Assembly (NCBI GenBank): GCA_029262515.1
Contig: JAJCZH010000018.1
Location: 13,219 to 77,218 of the forward strand
Direction: 5' to 3'
DNA length: 64,000 nt
From: Deltaproteobacteria bacterium
Lineage (GTDB): Bacteria; Desulfobacterota; GWC2-55-46; JADFVP01
The first letter of the stretch is position 1, and the number at the start of each line of letters is the position of its first letter. A program made the translations under genes and the position numbers. Below, in pieces: positions 10,158 through 19,683 of this stretch. The notes under the pieces were generated by a model. The model saw only the letters and a program-made list of their open reading frames with translations, had not been told where the DNA came from and made no database searches.

Positions 10158-10469
10158 TTACTTACCGTTAGAAGCGAAAGAGTCGAGAAGGGCCGAAACC
10201 ATCTCCTTTTTCTCGTTTTTGCTCATAAGGGTGAGTTTTTTGCCCTTCCAGGTCCGTTCGACACCGAGTTCGTCCTTAAGGTAGAGCTTTCTGTTGTCCT
10301 CTTTTAAAACAGCCTCTGTCGCCTTTTTTGCGATTCCGGCCCCTCCGGCTACGGCAAGCCCCGCGACAACGGCATTTTTCAAGAAGCTGCGTCTCGTGCT
10401 CTTCTTTTTTAGTTTGTTGTCGAACCTGGCATCATCGCTTTTTGTGGGTTTGTCTCTATTTTCAGGCAT
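10158..10469 (-). CDS. Small twin-arginine-signal protein resembling the N-terminus of the downstream Fe-S protein
   Basis: TRRSFLKNA plus hydrophobic stretch; GGAGG RBS; no cofactor motif. Confidence 0.75.
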   Translation of the reverse strand: MPENRDKPTKSDDARFDNKLKKKSTRRSFLKNAVVAGLAVAGGAGIAKKATEAVLKEDNRKLYLKDELGVERTWKGKKLTLMSKNEKKEMVSALLDSFASNGK

Positions 10470-10662
10470 ATCTTATAACCTCCTGTCTGTAGTAAGAAGT
10501 ATACAGAGGGTATTGCGGCCCCTGTGTAAACCTGGTGTACGTTTAAGCTTTGCCCTCTTAGCCTCTGAGTAGCCTGCGTCCGGTTATCGATTTGTTCGGG
10601 AGTTTACATATTTGCGGGGGCTTTTTATGGACAAAATTCACCCCCCGGCCAGCGCCCGAAAG

Positions 10663-10688
10663 TTTGTATACAGTATACTGTATACAAA
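10663..10688. promoter_or_regulatory. Perfect 26-bp palindromic operator, GntR-like TGTATAC repeats
   Basis: tttgtatacagtatactgtatacaaa is its own reverse complement. Confidence 0.7.
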
Positions 10689-10701
10689 GGCAGTGGCACG
10701 G

Positions 10702-10729
10702 ATTATAGCACCTCTTATATTAAATACAA
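10702..10729 (-). promoter_or_regulatory. Sigma70-type promoter of the Tat/Fe-S/NrfD operon
   Basis: Minus strand TTGTAT-16 nt-TATAAT with extended -10 TGn. Confidence 0.6.
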
Positions 10730-11191
10730 GTTAAAAGCAGAATAAAATAATAAAGATGCGTTCTGTATATTTATCAAAAAGTGTATCTAGATGTTATCAT
10801 CTTTCGCAGCAAAAAGAAACGAAATCAGGGTGTGCCGGCAGGCCGGAAGAGGTCTGGAAGTATCTCTTTAGATACCCAGACAGGTGAAATTTTTATACCG
10901 ACTGGTGTCGATATTGGGATGTGTGGTGAATAAAGCGTCTCTGCTCTCGGTATGACTTGACTTTGTTCTCTACAAGAGATAATCTATCTGCGATTCCGGT
11001 TTTAGCTGGTATCGACCGTTTCACTCGAACGATTTTTTACAGTATACGTCATAACGGACAGAAGAGTTCGCGCAGGTTTAGGTGCGGTTTTGTCGAGCAG
11101 GCTCTCTTTGTGCGGTCAGGGCCGGCAGATTCAAGGCAATGATAATTATTCAGCAGATATAACTGTTATTGAAAAGTCAGGAGGTGTAGTT

Positions 11192-11767
11192 GTGAAAAAG
11201 TACGCTTTTTTCATTCTGGCAGTCTTGTTGATGCTCGGGGCTTATACTGAGGCCTCGGCGGATATGAATAACGGCGCAAGGCTCTTTAAGAAGCATTGCG
11301 CAAGGTGCCATGGTGATGATGGAACCGTCTCCACGTACGGCAAGTCGATTAAACCGTACCCGGCCAGGGATTTGAGGACCAACAGGCTCTTTATCGCACC
11401 GGCTGAGCTTCTCACAACCATTAAGTACGGACTGTATGGCAGGGAGATGAAGGGCTGGGAGGATACGCTCAGCGATAGAGAGATAGTGGATGTTGCGAGG
11501 TTTGTCAGAACGCTTAAGTACGAGCCGAACCTCGAGTCGGGCAAGAAGTTCTTTAAGGCACGCTGCGGAAGTTGCCATAGTAACAAAGGCGCGGTCAAGA
11601 AGCTCTTTAAAGCTCCCGACCTCGATATGTCTCCTTTAGGTGCTATAGCGATGGCGAGGGTTGTGCGTCTCGGTCGCCACGGTACGATGATGAACCCCAA
11701 GAGGGACCTCTTCAGGAATGCCGATATCGCTAACGTAGTAGCTTATCTTCAGAGTATCAAGAAGTAA
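11192..11767 (+). CDS. Periplasmic diheme class I cytochrome c (two tandem domains)
   Basis: AGGAGG RBS before GTG 11192; signal peptide; CARCH and CGSCH each with a downstream Met ligand region. Confidence 0.85.
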   Translation: MKKYAFFILAVLLMLGAYTEASADMNNGARLFKKHCARCHGDDGTVSTYGKSIKPYPARDLRTNRLFIAPAELLTTIKYGLYGREMKGWEDTLSDREIVDVARFVRTLKYEPNLESGKKFFKARCGSCHSNKGAVKKLFKAPDLDMSPLGAIAMARVVRLGRHGTMMNPKRDLFRNADIANVVAYLQSIKK

Positions 11768-11791
11768 TCTTAATACTCTTTTATTGGTATT

Positions 11792-11830
11792 GGGCCGTCG
11801 GGACTATTTTGTCTTGACGGCTTTTTTTTT
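11792..11830 (+). terminator. Intrinsic terminator
   Basis: gccgtcgggac/gtcttgacggc stem followed by 9 T. Confidence 0.8.
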
Positions 11831-11969
11831 AACTTCCCCCGCAAACTCGATTTTTTTCTCAGACCGGTTCGTATACGTACTCTGGGGCCCTTTAATCTGC
11901 TATACTTTTACGGTCAATTGGTTAAAGACCCGTATGGTTCTATTATTTTAAAACAAGGACGGTAATATC

Positions 11970-14684
11970 GTGAGAAATGGTAGCGAAGGTACTGGTGGCA
12001 AAGGTGGAAATGAGTTTAAGTACGTCAGGCGCGATTTCGGCCCTTTGCCAATAAAACTCAACCACCTGACGATCTTTCTAAATTTTCAAAAGCACGGTGT
12101 CGAGGCCGTCAACACACTTGATATAACGGCGATAGAGGGGCTTGAAGAGATCAGGTTAGATGCTAAGGAACTTGATATTTTGTCAGTGAAGCTCTGTACT
12201 TCAGTCAATGATGTAGAGGGTTCTGCACTCAGTTACGATTACAAAAAAGAGGCCGATAAGCTTATAGTTTACCTGCCTGAGAGAGTAGAGCCCGGCGAGC
12301 GGTTCTACATCAGAACCGACACTCGTTCGGTACCGTCCGACAATATACTCGAGGGTATCTACACAGACGCCACTCCAGAGGGCGCGCCACAGCAGTATAT
12401 GTCGCAGTGCCAGCAGTGGGGTTTTCAGCGCATCATGCCGGTCTTCGACGATTGTACTGCCAAGTGCACGATGCGTACGACCATCGAGGCCGATGCGTCT
12501 TATACGCACCTTATCAGCAACGGTAATATAGACCGCGTCCTCAACCCGGACGGCAGACCGGTGCCGAAGGCCGGGGACCCTTCCAGGCAGGTAATAACAT
12601 TCGACAACCCGATTCCAATGTCGACTTACATCTTTCTGGTCTGCGTCGGCACGTGGGAGGTTTTGGAAGACGAGGTTACGTACCCGTCCGGCCGTAAGGT
12701 GCGCCTTGAGTACCTTGTGCCTTCGGGCAGCATAAATGATGCCCGCATACCGATGGATATCTTAAAAGAGTCGGTTCTCTGGATAGAGAGGACGCAAGGT
12801 TACGAGTACACATTCGATACCTACCGGACCATCTGCATGACAAAGTCGAACTTCGGAGGTATGGAGAATCTCGGTAATACTACCATCGTGACTGACGCGG
12901 CGATGATTACAGAGCATACGCTTGACGCGATGATCCTCTACGCCCATGCGGTTATAGTACACGAGTTCGAGCATAACCAGTGCGGCAGCGAGACCACGAT
13001 GGAGACCCCTTTCGACGTCTGGCTCAACGAGGCGTATACGGTCGATGTAGAAAGGCAGTTCATGGAAGAGCACTTCGACCCTTCTTTTATGCGACTTCGC
13101 GAGATAGACTCGGTGCGCGCGCCTCTGGTTGGCCCGCTCGCTATAGAGGATGCCGGACATTACGGAAGGATAGTGAGAGAGGGTTTTAACGAACCGGACG
13201 AACTGATTGACGGCGTTACGTATGTTAAAGCGGCAGAGGTTATAAGGATGCTGCGTCTCATTATTGGACAAGAGAGTTTCAAGGCCGCAAAGACCTTGTA
13301 TTTCGAGCGGTATCATTTAGGAAACGCCAATAACGACCAGTTCTTCGACTGTTTCAAAGAGGTCTCGGGAAGGTCGTTTGAGCAGTTCAAGAGGGAGTGG
13401 CTCTACAGGGTCGGTTACCCTAAGGTCACGGCTACCACAGAGTACGATCCCGGGGCCCGTACCTGCAAGATATCTTTTAAGCAGGAGAAGGTTGAGGGCG
13501 CACGCCCCTTTCAACTGCCGATAGAGCTCGCTCTCGTTGACTCTTCCGGTTGCGACATGGAGGCAACGGCGCAGGTCTTTATACTCGACAAGCCTGAGGA
13601 TGAGCTGATCATAGAGAATCTGGCAGAGGCCCCGGCAGTAGTCTCGATCAACCGCGACGCCTCCTTTTACGGTACCTTTACTCTGACCGGGCTCGATACC
13701 GATGCGCTCATCTCCCAGATTCGGCTCGACCCGAATACCTGCAACAGGGTTGATGCGATGCGAAAGCTGACCGACAGGGTACGCGTAGCGCTGTTAGAGA
13801 ATCCGAGGTTGAAGGTTATTGATATCGAAGGGGTTGGGGGTGAGTGGTTAAAGCTCTACGGCGAGATTCTAGGGGAGTCCAAGCTCTCACCGGCCCTGAA
13901 ATCGTACTTCCTCCGTATTGAAGAGTCTCCGGTAGACAGGCGGTACTCGACATGGTATCAGGAGCTTGTCGTGGCGAGAGAGAGTATGGCGCGCGCCGTA
14001 AACTCTTCTTACAGGGCCGAACTGCTCGCCGAGTTCGAGGCATCGAAGTTGGCGAGCGTTAGGGCTGCCGGCCCCGGCGCCGGGCCTGGCGCCGGGATAG
14101 AAGAGCGTCTTTACAGGAACGTACTTCTCGAACTGATAGCCATAGATGATACGGACGAGAGCCATGCTTTTGTTATCGAGAACTTCAATAGCGCCACTAC
14201 GGCTACCGAACAGGTAGCGGCGCTAGGTGTCTTGAACCGCAGCTCTTCGAAGATGAGGCGCGGGATTTTAGATACGGTTTACTCCGACTGGCACGGCCAC
14301 CTGAGCGGTTATGCCAACTACCTGAGGGTGGTCTCCGGCGGTACGTGTGACGACGTTTTTGATATGATCGAAGAGGAGAAGAGACGGGAGAGTTTCGATA
14401 TAAACCAGCCGACATGGAACCGCGCTCTCTTTATGCCGATGGCTATGAACAACAGAAAAGTCTGGACCGACAGGGGTATAGAGTGGGTGGCGGATACAGT
14501 GATTGAGCTTGCGCCGATTAACGGCACGATCGCAGGCCGTCTGCTCAGTACCTTCCAGCACGTGCGGGGCTTGAAACCAGCACTCGGCAAGAAGGTTGTA
14601 GCGGCGCTTGAGAGAATCGTTAAAGAGGTAAGTGTCGAGGCAAGCCTGTCGATCAACGGACAGGCGAAGGCGTACCTCGGTTGA
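11970..14684 (+). CDS. pepN: Aminopeptidase N (M1 metallopeptidase)
   Basis: GGMEN, HEFEH..18..E (WLNEA), VTYVKAAEVIRML. Confidence 0.9.
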   Translation: MRNGSEGTGGKGGNEFKYVRRDFGPLPIKLNHLTIFLNFQKHGVEAVNTLDITAIEGLEEIRLDAKELDILSVKLCTSVNDVEGSALSYDYKKEADKLIVYLPERVEPGERFYIRTDTRSVPSDNILEGIYTDATPEGAPQQYMSQCQQWGFQRIMPVFDDCTAKCTMRTTIEADASYTHLISNGNIDRVLNPDGRPVPKAGDPSRQVITFDNPIPMSTYIFLVCVGTWEVLEDEVTYPSGRKVRLEYLVPSGSINDARIPMDILKESVLWIERTQGYEYTFDTYRTICMTKSNFGGMENLGNTTIVTDAAMITEHTLDAMILYAHAVIVHEFEHNQCGSETTMETPFDVWLNEAYTVDVERQFMEEHFDPSFMRLREIDSVRAPLVGPLAIEDAGHYGRIVREGFNEPDELIDGVTYVKAAEVIRMLRLIIGQESFKAAKTLYFERYHLGNANNDQFFDCFKEVSGRSFEQFKREWLYRVGYPKVTATTEYDPGARTCKISFKQEKVEGARPFQLPIELALVDSSGCDMEATAQVFILDKPEDELIIENLAEAPAVVSINRDASFYGTFTLTGLDTDALISQIRLDPNTCNRVDAMRKLTDRVRVALLENPRLKVIDIEGVGGEWLKLYGEILGESKLSPALKSYFLRIEESPVDRRYSTWYQELVVARESMARAVNSSYRAELLAEFEASKLASVRAAGPGAGPGAGIEERLYRNVLLELIAIDDTDESHAFVIENFNSATTATEQVAALGVLNRSSSKMRRGILDTVYSDWHGHLSGYANYLRVVSGGTCDDVFDMIEEEKRRESFDINQPTWNRALFMPMAMNNRKVWTDRGIEWVADTVIELAPINGTIAGRLLSTFQHVRGLKPALGKKVVAALERIVKEVSVEASLSINGQAKAYLG

Positions 14685-14743
14685 ATTTCGTCATGATCCC
14701 CTCCATATGACGCCCGGAGGCGAGTCTGTGTCACGATGATAAG

Positions 14744-15163
14744 ATGATAAAAGTAACTGAAAAGATAAGCATAGACGAGAGCGAGTTAACCGAGGAGTTT
14801 ATACGCGCCGGGGGGCCCGGGGGCCAGCATGTCAACAAGGTCTCGACCGCCGTGCAGCTCAGGTTCGACATACCTGCCTCTAAACTGCCCGAAGATGTAA
14901 AAGAGAGGCTGAAAAAACTCGGCGGCACGAGGGTAAGCTCCTCCGGCGTGCTTGTCATTTCTTCAAGAAGTTCGAGGAGCAGGGAGGCAAACAGAGAGAC
15001 GGCTAAAGAGCGGCTGGTGGCCCTTGTGAGGAAAGCGACCGAAAGGCCGAAGGCGCGTATGAAGACACGGCCTTCGAGGGCGAAGAGGGCAAAGAGGATG
15101 GACGAGAAGACCGAGCGCGCCACACTAAAAAAGAGCAGGCGCAGAGTGCGCGAAGAGGATTAA
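14744..15163 (+). CDS. arfB: Alternative ribosome rescue peptidyl-tRNA hydrolase ArfB
   Basis: RAGGPGGQHVNKVSTAVQLRFD and basic C-terminal tail. Confidence 0.95.
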   Translation: MIKVTEKISIDESELTEEFIRAGGPGGQHVNKVSTAVQLRFDIPASKLPEDVKERLKKLGGTRVSSSGVLVISSRSSRSREANRETAKERLVALVRKATERPKARMKTRPSRAKRAKRMDEKTERATLKKSRRRVREED

Positions 15164-15215
15164 CACCCTGAGGGCGATCTATGTTGGGTGCTTAAGGCCT
15201 ATAAGGTAAGTAACA

Positions 15216-15416
15216 ATGCATAAAAAATTCATAGATGAATATAATGGAAAAAGGTTTATTATTGAAGAAGACTTGTCAGAGGCAGGTGCATATTTCTATG
15301 TTTGCGATGGCGAAAAAAGTATTTGCGATTATTTGCAGGATAGTATAAGTGTGTGCAAAGAGCTGGCCAATGAAAAATACTTTGTCCCAATGAATGACTG
15401 GAGGTATTTGGAATAG
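15216..15416 (+). CDS. Small AT-rich orphan protein (66 aa)
   Basis: ATG with AAGG upstream; composition visibly more AT-rich than neighbours. Confidence 0.6.
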   Translation: MHKKFIDEYNGKRFIIEEDLSEAGAYFYVCDGEKSICDYLQDSISVCKELANEKYFVPMNDWRYLE

Positions 15417-15422
15417 AGTCTC

Positions 15423-15442
15423 GTAGGGTGGCACTGCCCACC
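15423..15442 (+). repeat. GTAG-type REP-like motif, copy 1
   Basis: gtagggtggcactgcccacc; 17/20 identical to 58170-58189. Confidence 0.6.
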
Positions 15443-15570
15443 TTTTTATCTTCTTGCCTCCAGTCTACGCCGTTTAACCCAGCCACTCATGAGGTAGTAG
15501 CCGAGTATCTCACCGATACTATATACGTATGAATCTATCAATGCCGATTTGATGTCCGGCCATTGTGCCC

Positions 15571-17523
15571 TTAACCACTAAGTTCTTCAAGCTCTTCCCA
15601 TCTCCTGTACGACTGTTCCAGTATCCCGGATATCTCTTCTGAGCGTCTCTTCAACTCTGCGGCATTCTCTTTTTTGTAGAAGTCGGGCGAGCCCATCATT
15701 GAAAAGAGTTCCGCCTGTTCGGCCTCCAGCCCCTCTATCTTGCCGGGAAGCTCTTTAAGCTCCCGGGTCTGGTTGAAGCCGAGTTTTGTCCGGCTCTTCT
15801 CTTTCTTTATTTTTACTCTTGTTGTTCCGGTCTCTTTTTTCGGTTCTTGTTTGTAGACCGCTCCACTGCTCCTGTTATCAGAACCTCTGTTACCAGAACT
15901 TTTTTGTGCTTCGGCGCCCGGTCTCTGCCGTATCCAGTCGTCGTACCCGCCGACATACTCGTTGATTTGCTCTTTGCCGTCTGCCCCCTTCTCAAAGACT
16001 ATTGTTGAGGTGGCGACGTTATTTAGAAAAGCCCTGTCGTGGCTGACGAGCAGCACGGTACCTTTGTAGTTGAGCAGTATCTCTTCGAGCAAGTCGAGTG
16101 TTTCGATGTCGAGGTCGTTTGTCGGTTCGTCCATGACGAGTACGTTGGAGGGGCTTGCGAAGAGTTTCGCCAGCAGCAGCCTGTTGCGCTCACCGCCCGA
16201 GAGCACACTGACCGGCGTGCGCGCCCTTGAGGCCGCAAAGAGAAAGTCGGAGAGGTAGCTGACGACGTGGCGCGCGTGGCCGTCGATTATTATCTGGTCA
16301 GACCCGTCGGTGAGGTTCTCCATCAGGCTCAGTCCTTCGTCGAGCTGAGTTCTGTGCTGGTCGAAGTACGAGACGTCGAGTCTGGTTCCGAGGCGTACGG
16401 AGCCGGTAGTCGGCTCCAGGGTGCCGAGCAGAAGCTTTAGCAGCGTGGTCTTGCCAGCGCCGTTGGGCCCGATTATTCCTATCTTGTCGCCTCTCATTAT
16501 CGTTGTCGAGAAGTTGTCGATTACCGTCTGCCCTTCGGTATAAGAGTAGCTTATCCTTTCCGTCTCTATTACCAGCCTGCCGCTTTTTGCGCTGTCGTTC
16601 TGCTTGATAGCGGAGCTTCCTTCTACCTCGCGCCGTCTCTTGCGCTCCTTTCTCATATCCATCAACTCGCGCACGCGCCCTTCGTTGCGTGTTCTTCTGG
16701 CCTGAATGCCTTTTCGGATCCACTTCTCCTCTTCGGCAAGCTTTTTGTCGAATAGCCTGTTCTGCTCTGTTTCGGAGTGGATATTGTGCTCCTTGCGCTT
16801 CTGGTAGGTATTATAGTCGCACTGCCAGCTAGTGAGCCTGCCGCGGTCGAGGTCGATTATCCGGGTGGCGAGGCGCTGGAGCAGCATCCTGTCATGCGTA
16901 ATAAAGAGCAGGGTACCGGAAAAGCCGAGCAGGAACTCTTCGAGCCAGTCGATCGACTCTATGTCGAGGTGGTTTGTCGGTTCGTCGAGCAGCAACAGGT
17001 CGGGCGAAGAGACGAGAGCCCTGCCGAGCAGCACCCTTCTTTTTAGCCCGCCAGAGAGTTCTTCGTACTTTTTCTCTTCCGGGAGGCCGAGTCGCGAGAT
17101 TACGGTCTCCACCCTCTGGTGCGCGCTCCAGCCGCCTGCGGCCTCCAAAGCGTGCTGAACTTTTTCGAGTTCGACGAGAGCCGAAGAGTTCCCTCTGCTG
17201 ACCCGGACGGAGAGCCCGTGGTACTCTGCCATCAGTTCGCCTGTATTGCCGAGCCCGCCTGTGATTACCTCGAAGAGGCTGCCGGTAAGCTCCTTTTCCA
17301 CTTCTTGAGAGAGCAGAGCGGTCCGAAGGCCAGGGCTCCGGGTTATTGTGCCGGAGTCTGGTAAAAGCCCTTCGCCGATTATACGCATAAGGGTCGATTT
17401 GCCGCTGCCGTTACGCCCGACGAGGCAGATCCGCTCTCTCGGTTCTACCTGGAGGTTGATTGAGTCGAGCAGCGGCTCGCCGCCGTAACTAAGCTCTATA
17501 TCCCTCAAATTTATAAGTGCCAT
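15571..17523 (-). CDS. uup: ABC-F family ATPase Uup
   Basis: Two ABC cassettes (GRNGSGKS, LSGG, LDEPTNHLD; GPNGAGKT, DEPTNDLD), WIRKGIQARRTRNEGRVR linker, C-terminal coiled coil; start taken at MALIN. Confidence 0.93.
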   Translation of the reverse strand: MALINLRDIELSYGGEPLLDSINLQVEPRERICLVGRNGSGKSTLMRIIGEGLLPDSGTITRSPGLRTALLSQEVEKELTGSLFEVITGGLGNTGELMAEYHGLSVRVSRGNSSALVELEKVQHALEAAGGWSAHQRVETVISRLGLPEEKKYEELSGGLKRRVLLGRALVSSPDLLLLDEPTNHLDIESIDWLEEFLLGFSGTLLFITHDRMLLQRLATRIIDLDRGRLTSWQCDYNTYQKRKEHNIHSETEQNRLFDKKLAEEEKWIRKGIQARRTRNEGRVRELMDMRKERKRRREVEGSSAIKQNDSAKSGRLVIETERISYSYTEGQTVIDNFSTTIMRGDKIGIIGPNGAGKTTLLKLLLGTLEPTTGSVRLGTRLDVSYFDQHRTQLDEGLSLMENLTDGSDQIIIDGHARHVVSYLSDFLFAASRARTPVSVLSGGERNRLLLAKLFASPSNVLVMDEPTNDLDIETLDLLEEILLNYKGTVLLVSHDRAFLNNVATSTIVFEKGADGKEQINEYVGGYDDWIRQRPGAEAQKSSGNRGSDNRSSGAVYKQEPKKETGTTRVKIKKEKSRTKLGFNQTRELKELPGKIEGLEAEQAELFSMMGSPDFYKKENAAELKRRSEEISGILEQSYRRWEELEELSG

Positions 17524-17779
17524 ATGTTCTCTTTGTCCTGAATTGTTTTTGGAGTCAATAGCATACCATAAGAGGCGGCTTCGGTATCGGGTTGAGACCA
17601 CTTTTTTCGGTTTTTTTCTCGCTCTCTGTTGCCAAGCAAAGATATTCTGCTATGGTTATAATCTGTGTAGAATCCTTTAATATTCCAATTGCAGTCTGAA
17701 TGGTATCGGCAGAGATTTGTAGCATAACAGCTCTTTCTCCACTGAGGCTCTATTCAAGACATTTCGGAGGTAATACAGT

Positions 17780-18868
17780 ATGAGTTCAAAGGGGCGTAAC
17801 TCTCTTCTGATAACCGCACTTTTATTGATTTCTCTCTTTTTCGCGGCCTTCCCGACCGGAGCTGACGCCGAGAAGAGGAAGTTCAAGATGAGTATTGAGG
17901 AGGTGACGATAGAGGTCCATCCGCAGCTCACCTATACGGTCTTCGGCTTCAACGGACAGGTCCCCGGGCCACTTATCCATGTTGCCGAAGGAGATACGGT
18001 TGAGATAGAGGTAAAGAACCTTACGTCGCTTCCGCACACGGTACACTGGCACGGTATCTATAATACATGGGAGAACGACGGTGTGCCGAATGTAACGCAG
18101 ACGGATATAAAACCTGGCGATTCTTTTACCTATAAATTCGTAGCCGACCCTACTGGATCTCTCTGGTACCACTGCCACGTAAGCGTAAACGAGCATGTCG
18201 CATACAGGGGCATGTGGGGTCCGCTTATCGTCGACCCTAAAGAGACTGCGCCGATAATAAAGAAATTGAAACCCAATAAGGAGTATATCATGATGTTCAG
18301 CTCCTATGCTTCGGGTTGGGCGGAAAAACCGGGTTTTGGCGGCCTTCCCGATGACGTTCCCGATTACTTTGCCATGAACGGCCGCGCATTCCCTAATACC
18401 CAGCCGATAAGGGTGGAAGAGGGCGACGTGCTTCGCTTCAGGCTCTACGGCGCCGGAGGAGAGACTCACTCTCTCCATACCCACGGCCACCATTTTACCG
18501 TTACGCACAAGGACGGTTTTCCCCTTCCGGCCCCGTATAAGGCCGATACCATCAGCGTGGCCCCGGGTGAGCGGTATGACATAGTCTTTGAGGCGAACAA
18601 CCCGGGCCGTTTTATAGTTCACGACCATGTCGATGTGCATGTGACCAATAAGGGCAAGTATCCGGGCGGGCCTATAACGATCATAGAGTACGAGGGTATC
18701 CAGAGGGAGGACGACTGGTATGCCTGGAAAGATAAGGTCTACGACTCGAACTACTTCTATCAGCAGTCGCTTGAAGAGGGTTACGGCCTTTTCAACCATG
18801 ACGGGCACAAGGGCGACCCGGTAAAGAAGAAGCGGAGCAAGAGGCCTAAAAGAAAGAGGAGCAAGTAG
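17780..18868 (+). CDS. Two-domain multicopper oxidase (NcgA/blue copper oxidase-like)
   Basis: Signal peptide; HTVHWH, YHCHVSVNEHVAYRGM (type 1 site in domain 1), HSLHTHGHH, VHDHVDVH (no Cys in domain 2). Confidence 0.88.
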   Translation: MSSKGRNSLLITALLLISLFFAAFPTGADAEKRKFKMSIEEVTIEVHPQLTYTVFGFNGQVPGPLIHVAEGDTVEIEVKNLTSLPHTVHWHGIYNTWENDGVPNVTQTDIKPGDSFTYKFVADPTGSLWYHCHVSVNEHVAYRGMWGPLIVDPKETAPIIKKLKPNKEYIMMFSSYASGWAEKPGFGGLPDDVPDYFAMNGRAFPNTQPIRVEEGDVLRFRLYGAGGETHSLHTHGHHFTVTHKDGFPLPAPYKADTISVAPGERYDIVFEANNPGRFIVHDHVDVHVTNKGKYPGGPITIIEYEGIQREDDWYAWKDKVYDSNYFYQQSLEEGYGLFNHDGHKGDPVKKKRSKRPKRKRSK

Positions 18869-18870
18869 AG

Positions 18871-19683
18871 GTGGGTCTTAGAGATAAAAGAATGAGATTG
18901 GCGGGTTTCGGGCTCCTCCTGTTCGCTATAGCGGTTCTCTTCTCGGCAGTGTCAGTCGGTTCCGCTTTAAATGTTGAGGCCGCCGGGACAGCCGGGGCTA
19001 CCGACCTTACCGAGTCCGCCATATCTATTAAGAAGGGCAAGATCATCTTAAAGAGCAGGTGCGGCAAGTGCCACGCCATCAAGGGGCCTGCTGCGACCAC
19101 ACTCAAGGATTTCAAGGCAAGAAAAGGGCCTGATCTCTTTTACGCCGGGGTTAAGTATAATGAAGAGTGGTTAATAAAGTGGCTCGCCAACCCTGTTCCG
19201 ATCCGTCCTGCCGGTTTCAGGTACTTTAAGAATATCATCGTGACCGAAGGTAGCGACGATACCGTGAACTGGGACGCGCTTGCAGAGCATGTGGCCTTGA
19301 CGCCCGATGAAGCCGAGATGGTAGCCGCCACTCTTATGACGTTTATGGCGTATAAGGGTAAGGTAAAGAAGAACGCCCTTACCGAAGAGCCTGCAGACGC
19401 TTTTATGGGCGAGATGAACTTTGATAAGTTTTCAGGGTGCCTCGCCTGCCATGAGATAGAGCCGGGTTACGGCGGGGTAACCGGCCCCGAGGTCTATACG
19501 GTAGCCGAGAGGTTGAAGCCGGACTTTATCTACAGTTATCTTAAAAGCCCGCAGAGCTTCGACCCAAAGAGCATGATGCCTGATAAGGAGCTCGGCGAGA
19601 ACTTCCTACAGGTATTGACCAAGTACATGCTCTCGCTCGAGGCGCCGCCGGACGGAGAGTATGACGAGGGGGAAGAAGAGTGA
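18871..19683 (+). CDS. Diheme cytochrome c (NcgB-like)
   Basis: Signal peptide, CGKCH and CLACH, KGPDLFYAG..WL..P..IRPAG. Confidence 0.85.
   Translation: MGLRDKRMRLAGFGLLLFAIAVLFSAVSVGSALNVEAAGTAGATDLTESAISIKKGKIILKSRCGKCHAIKGPAATTLKDFKARKGPDLFYAGVKYNEEWLIKWLANPVPIRPAGFRYFKNIIVTEGSDDTVNWDALAEHVALTPDEAEMVAATLMTFMAYKGKVKKNALTEEPADAFMGEMNFDKFSGCLACHEIEPGYGGVTGPEVYTVAERLKPDFIYSYLKSPQSFDPKSMMPDKELGENFLQVLTKYMLSLEAPPDGEYDEGEEE

Noticed and set aside
10694..10710. Sigma54-like tggcacggattatagca on the + strand
   Set aside because: GG-to-GC spacing is 11 rather than 10; better explained as the minus-strand extended -10
10753..10775. NsrR-like half site aagatgcgttc
   Set aside because: Second half site does not match
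17822..18808. Long antisense ORFs (328 aa opposite the copper oxidase, 274 aa opposite uvrB, 214 aa opposite ccsA, 241 aa at 34047-34772)
   Set aside because: Shadow frames of well-supported genes with no recognisable motifs
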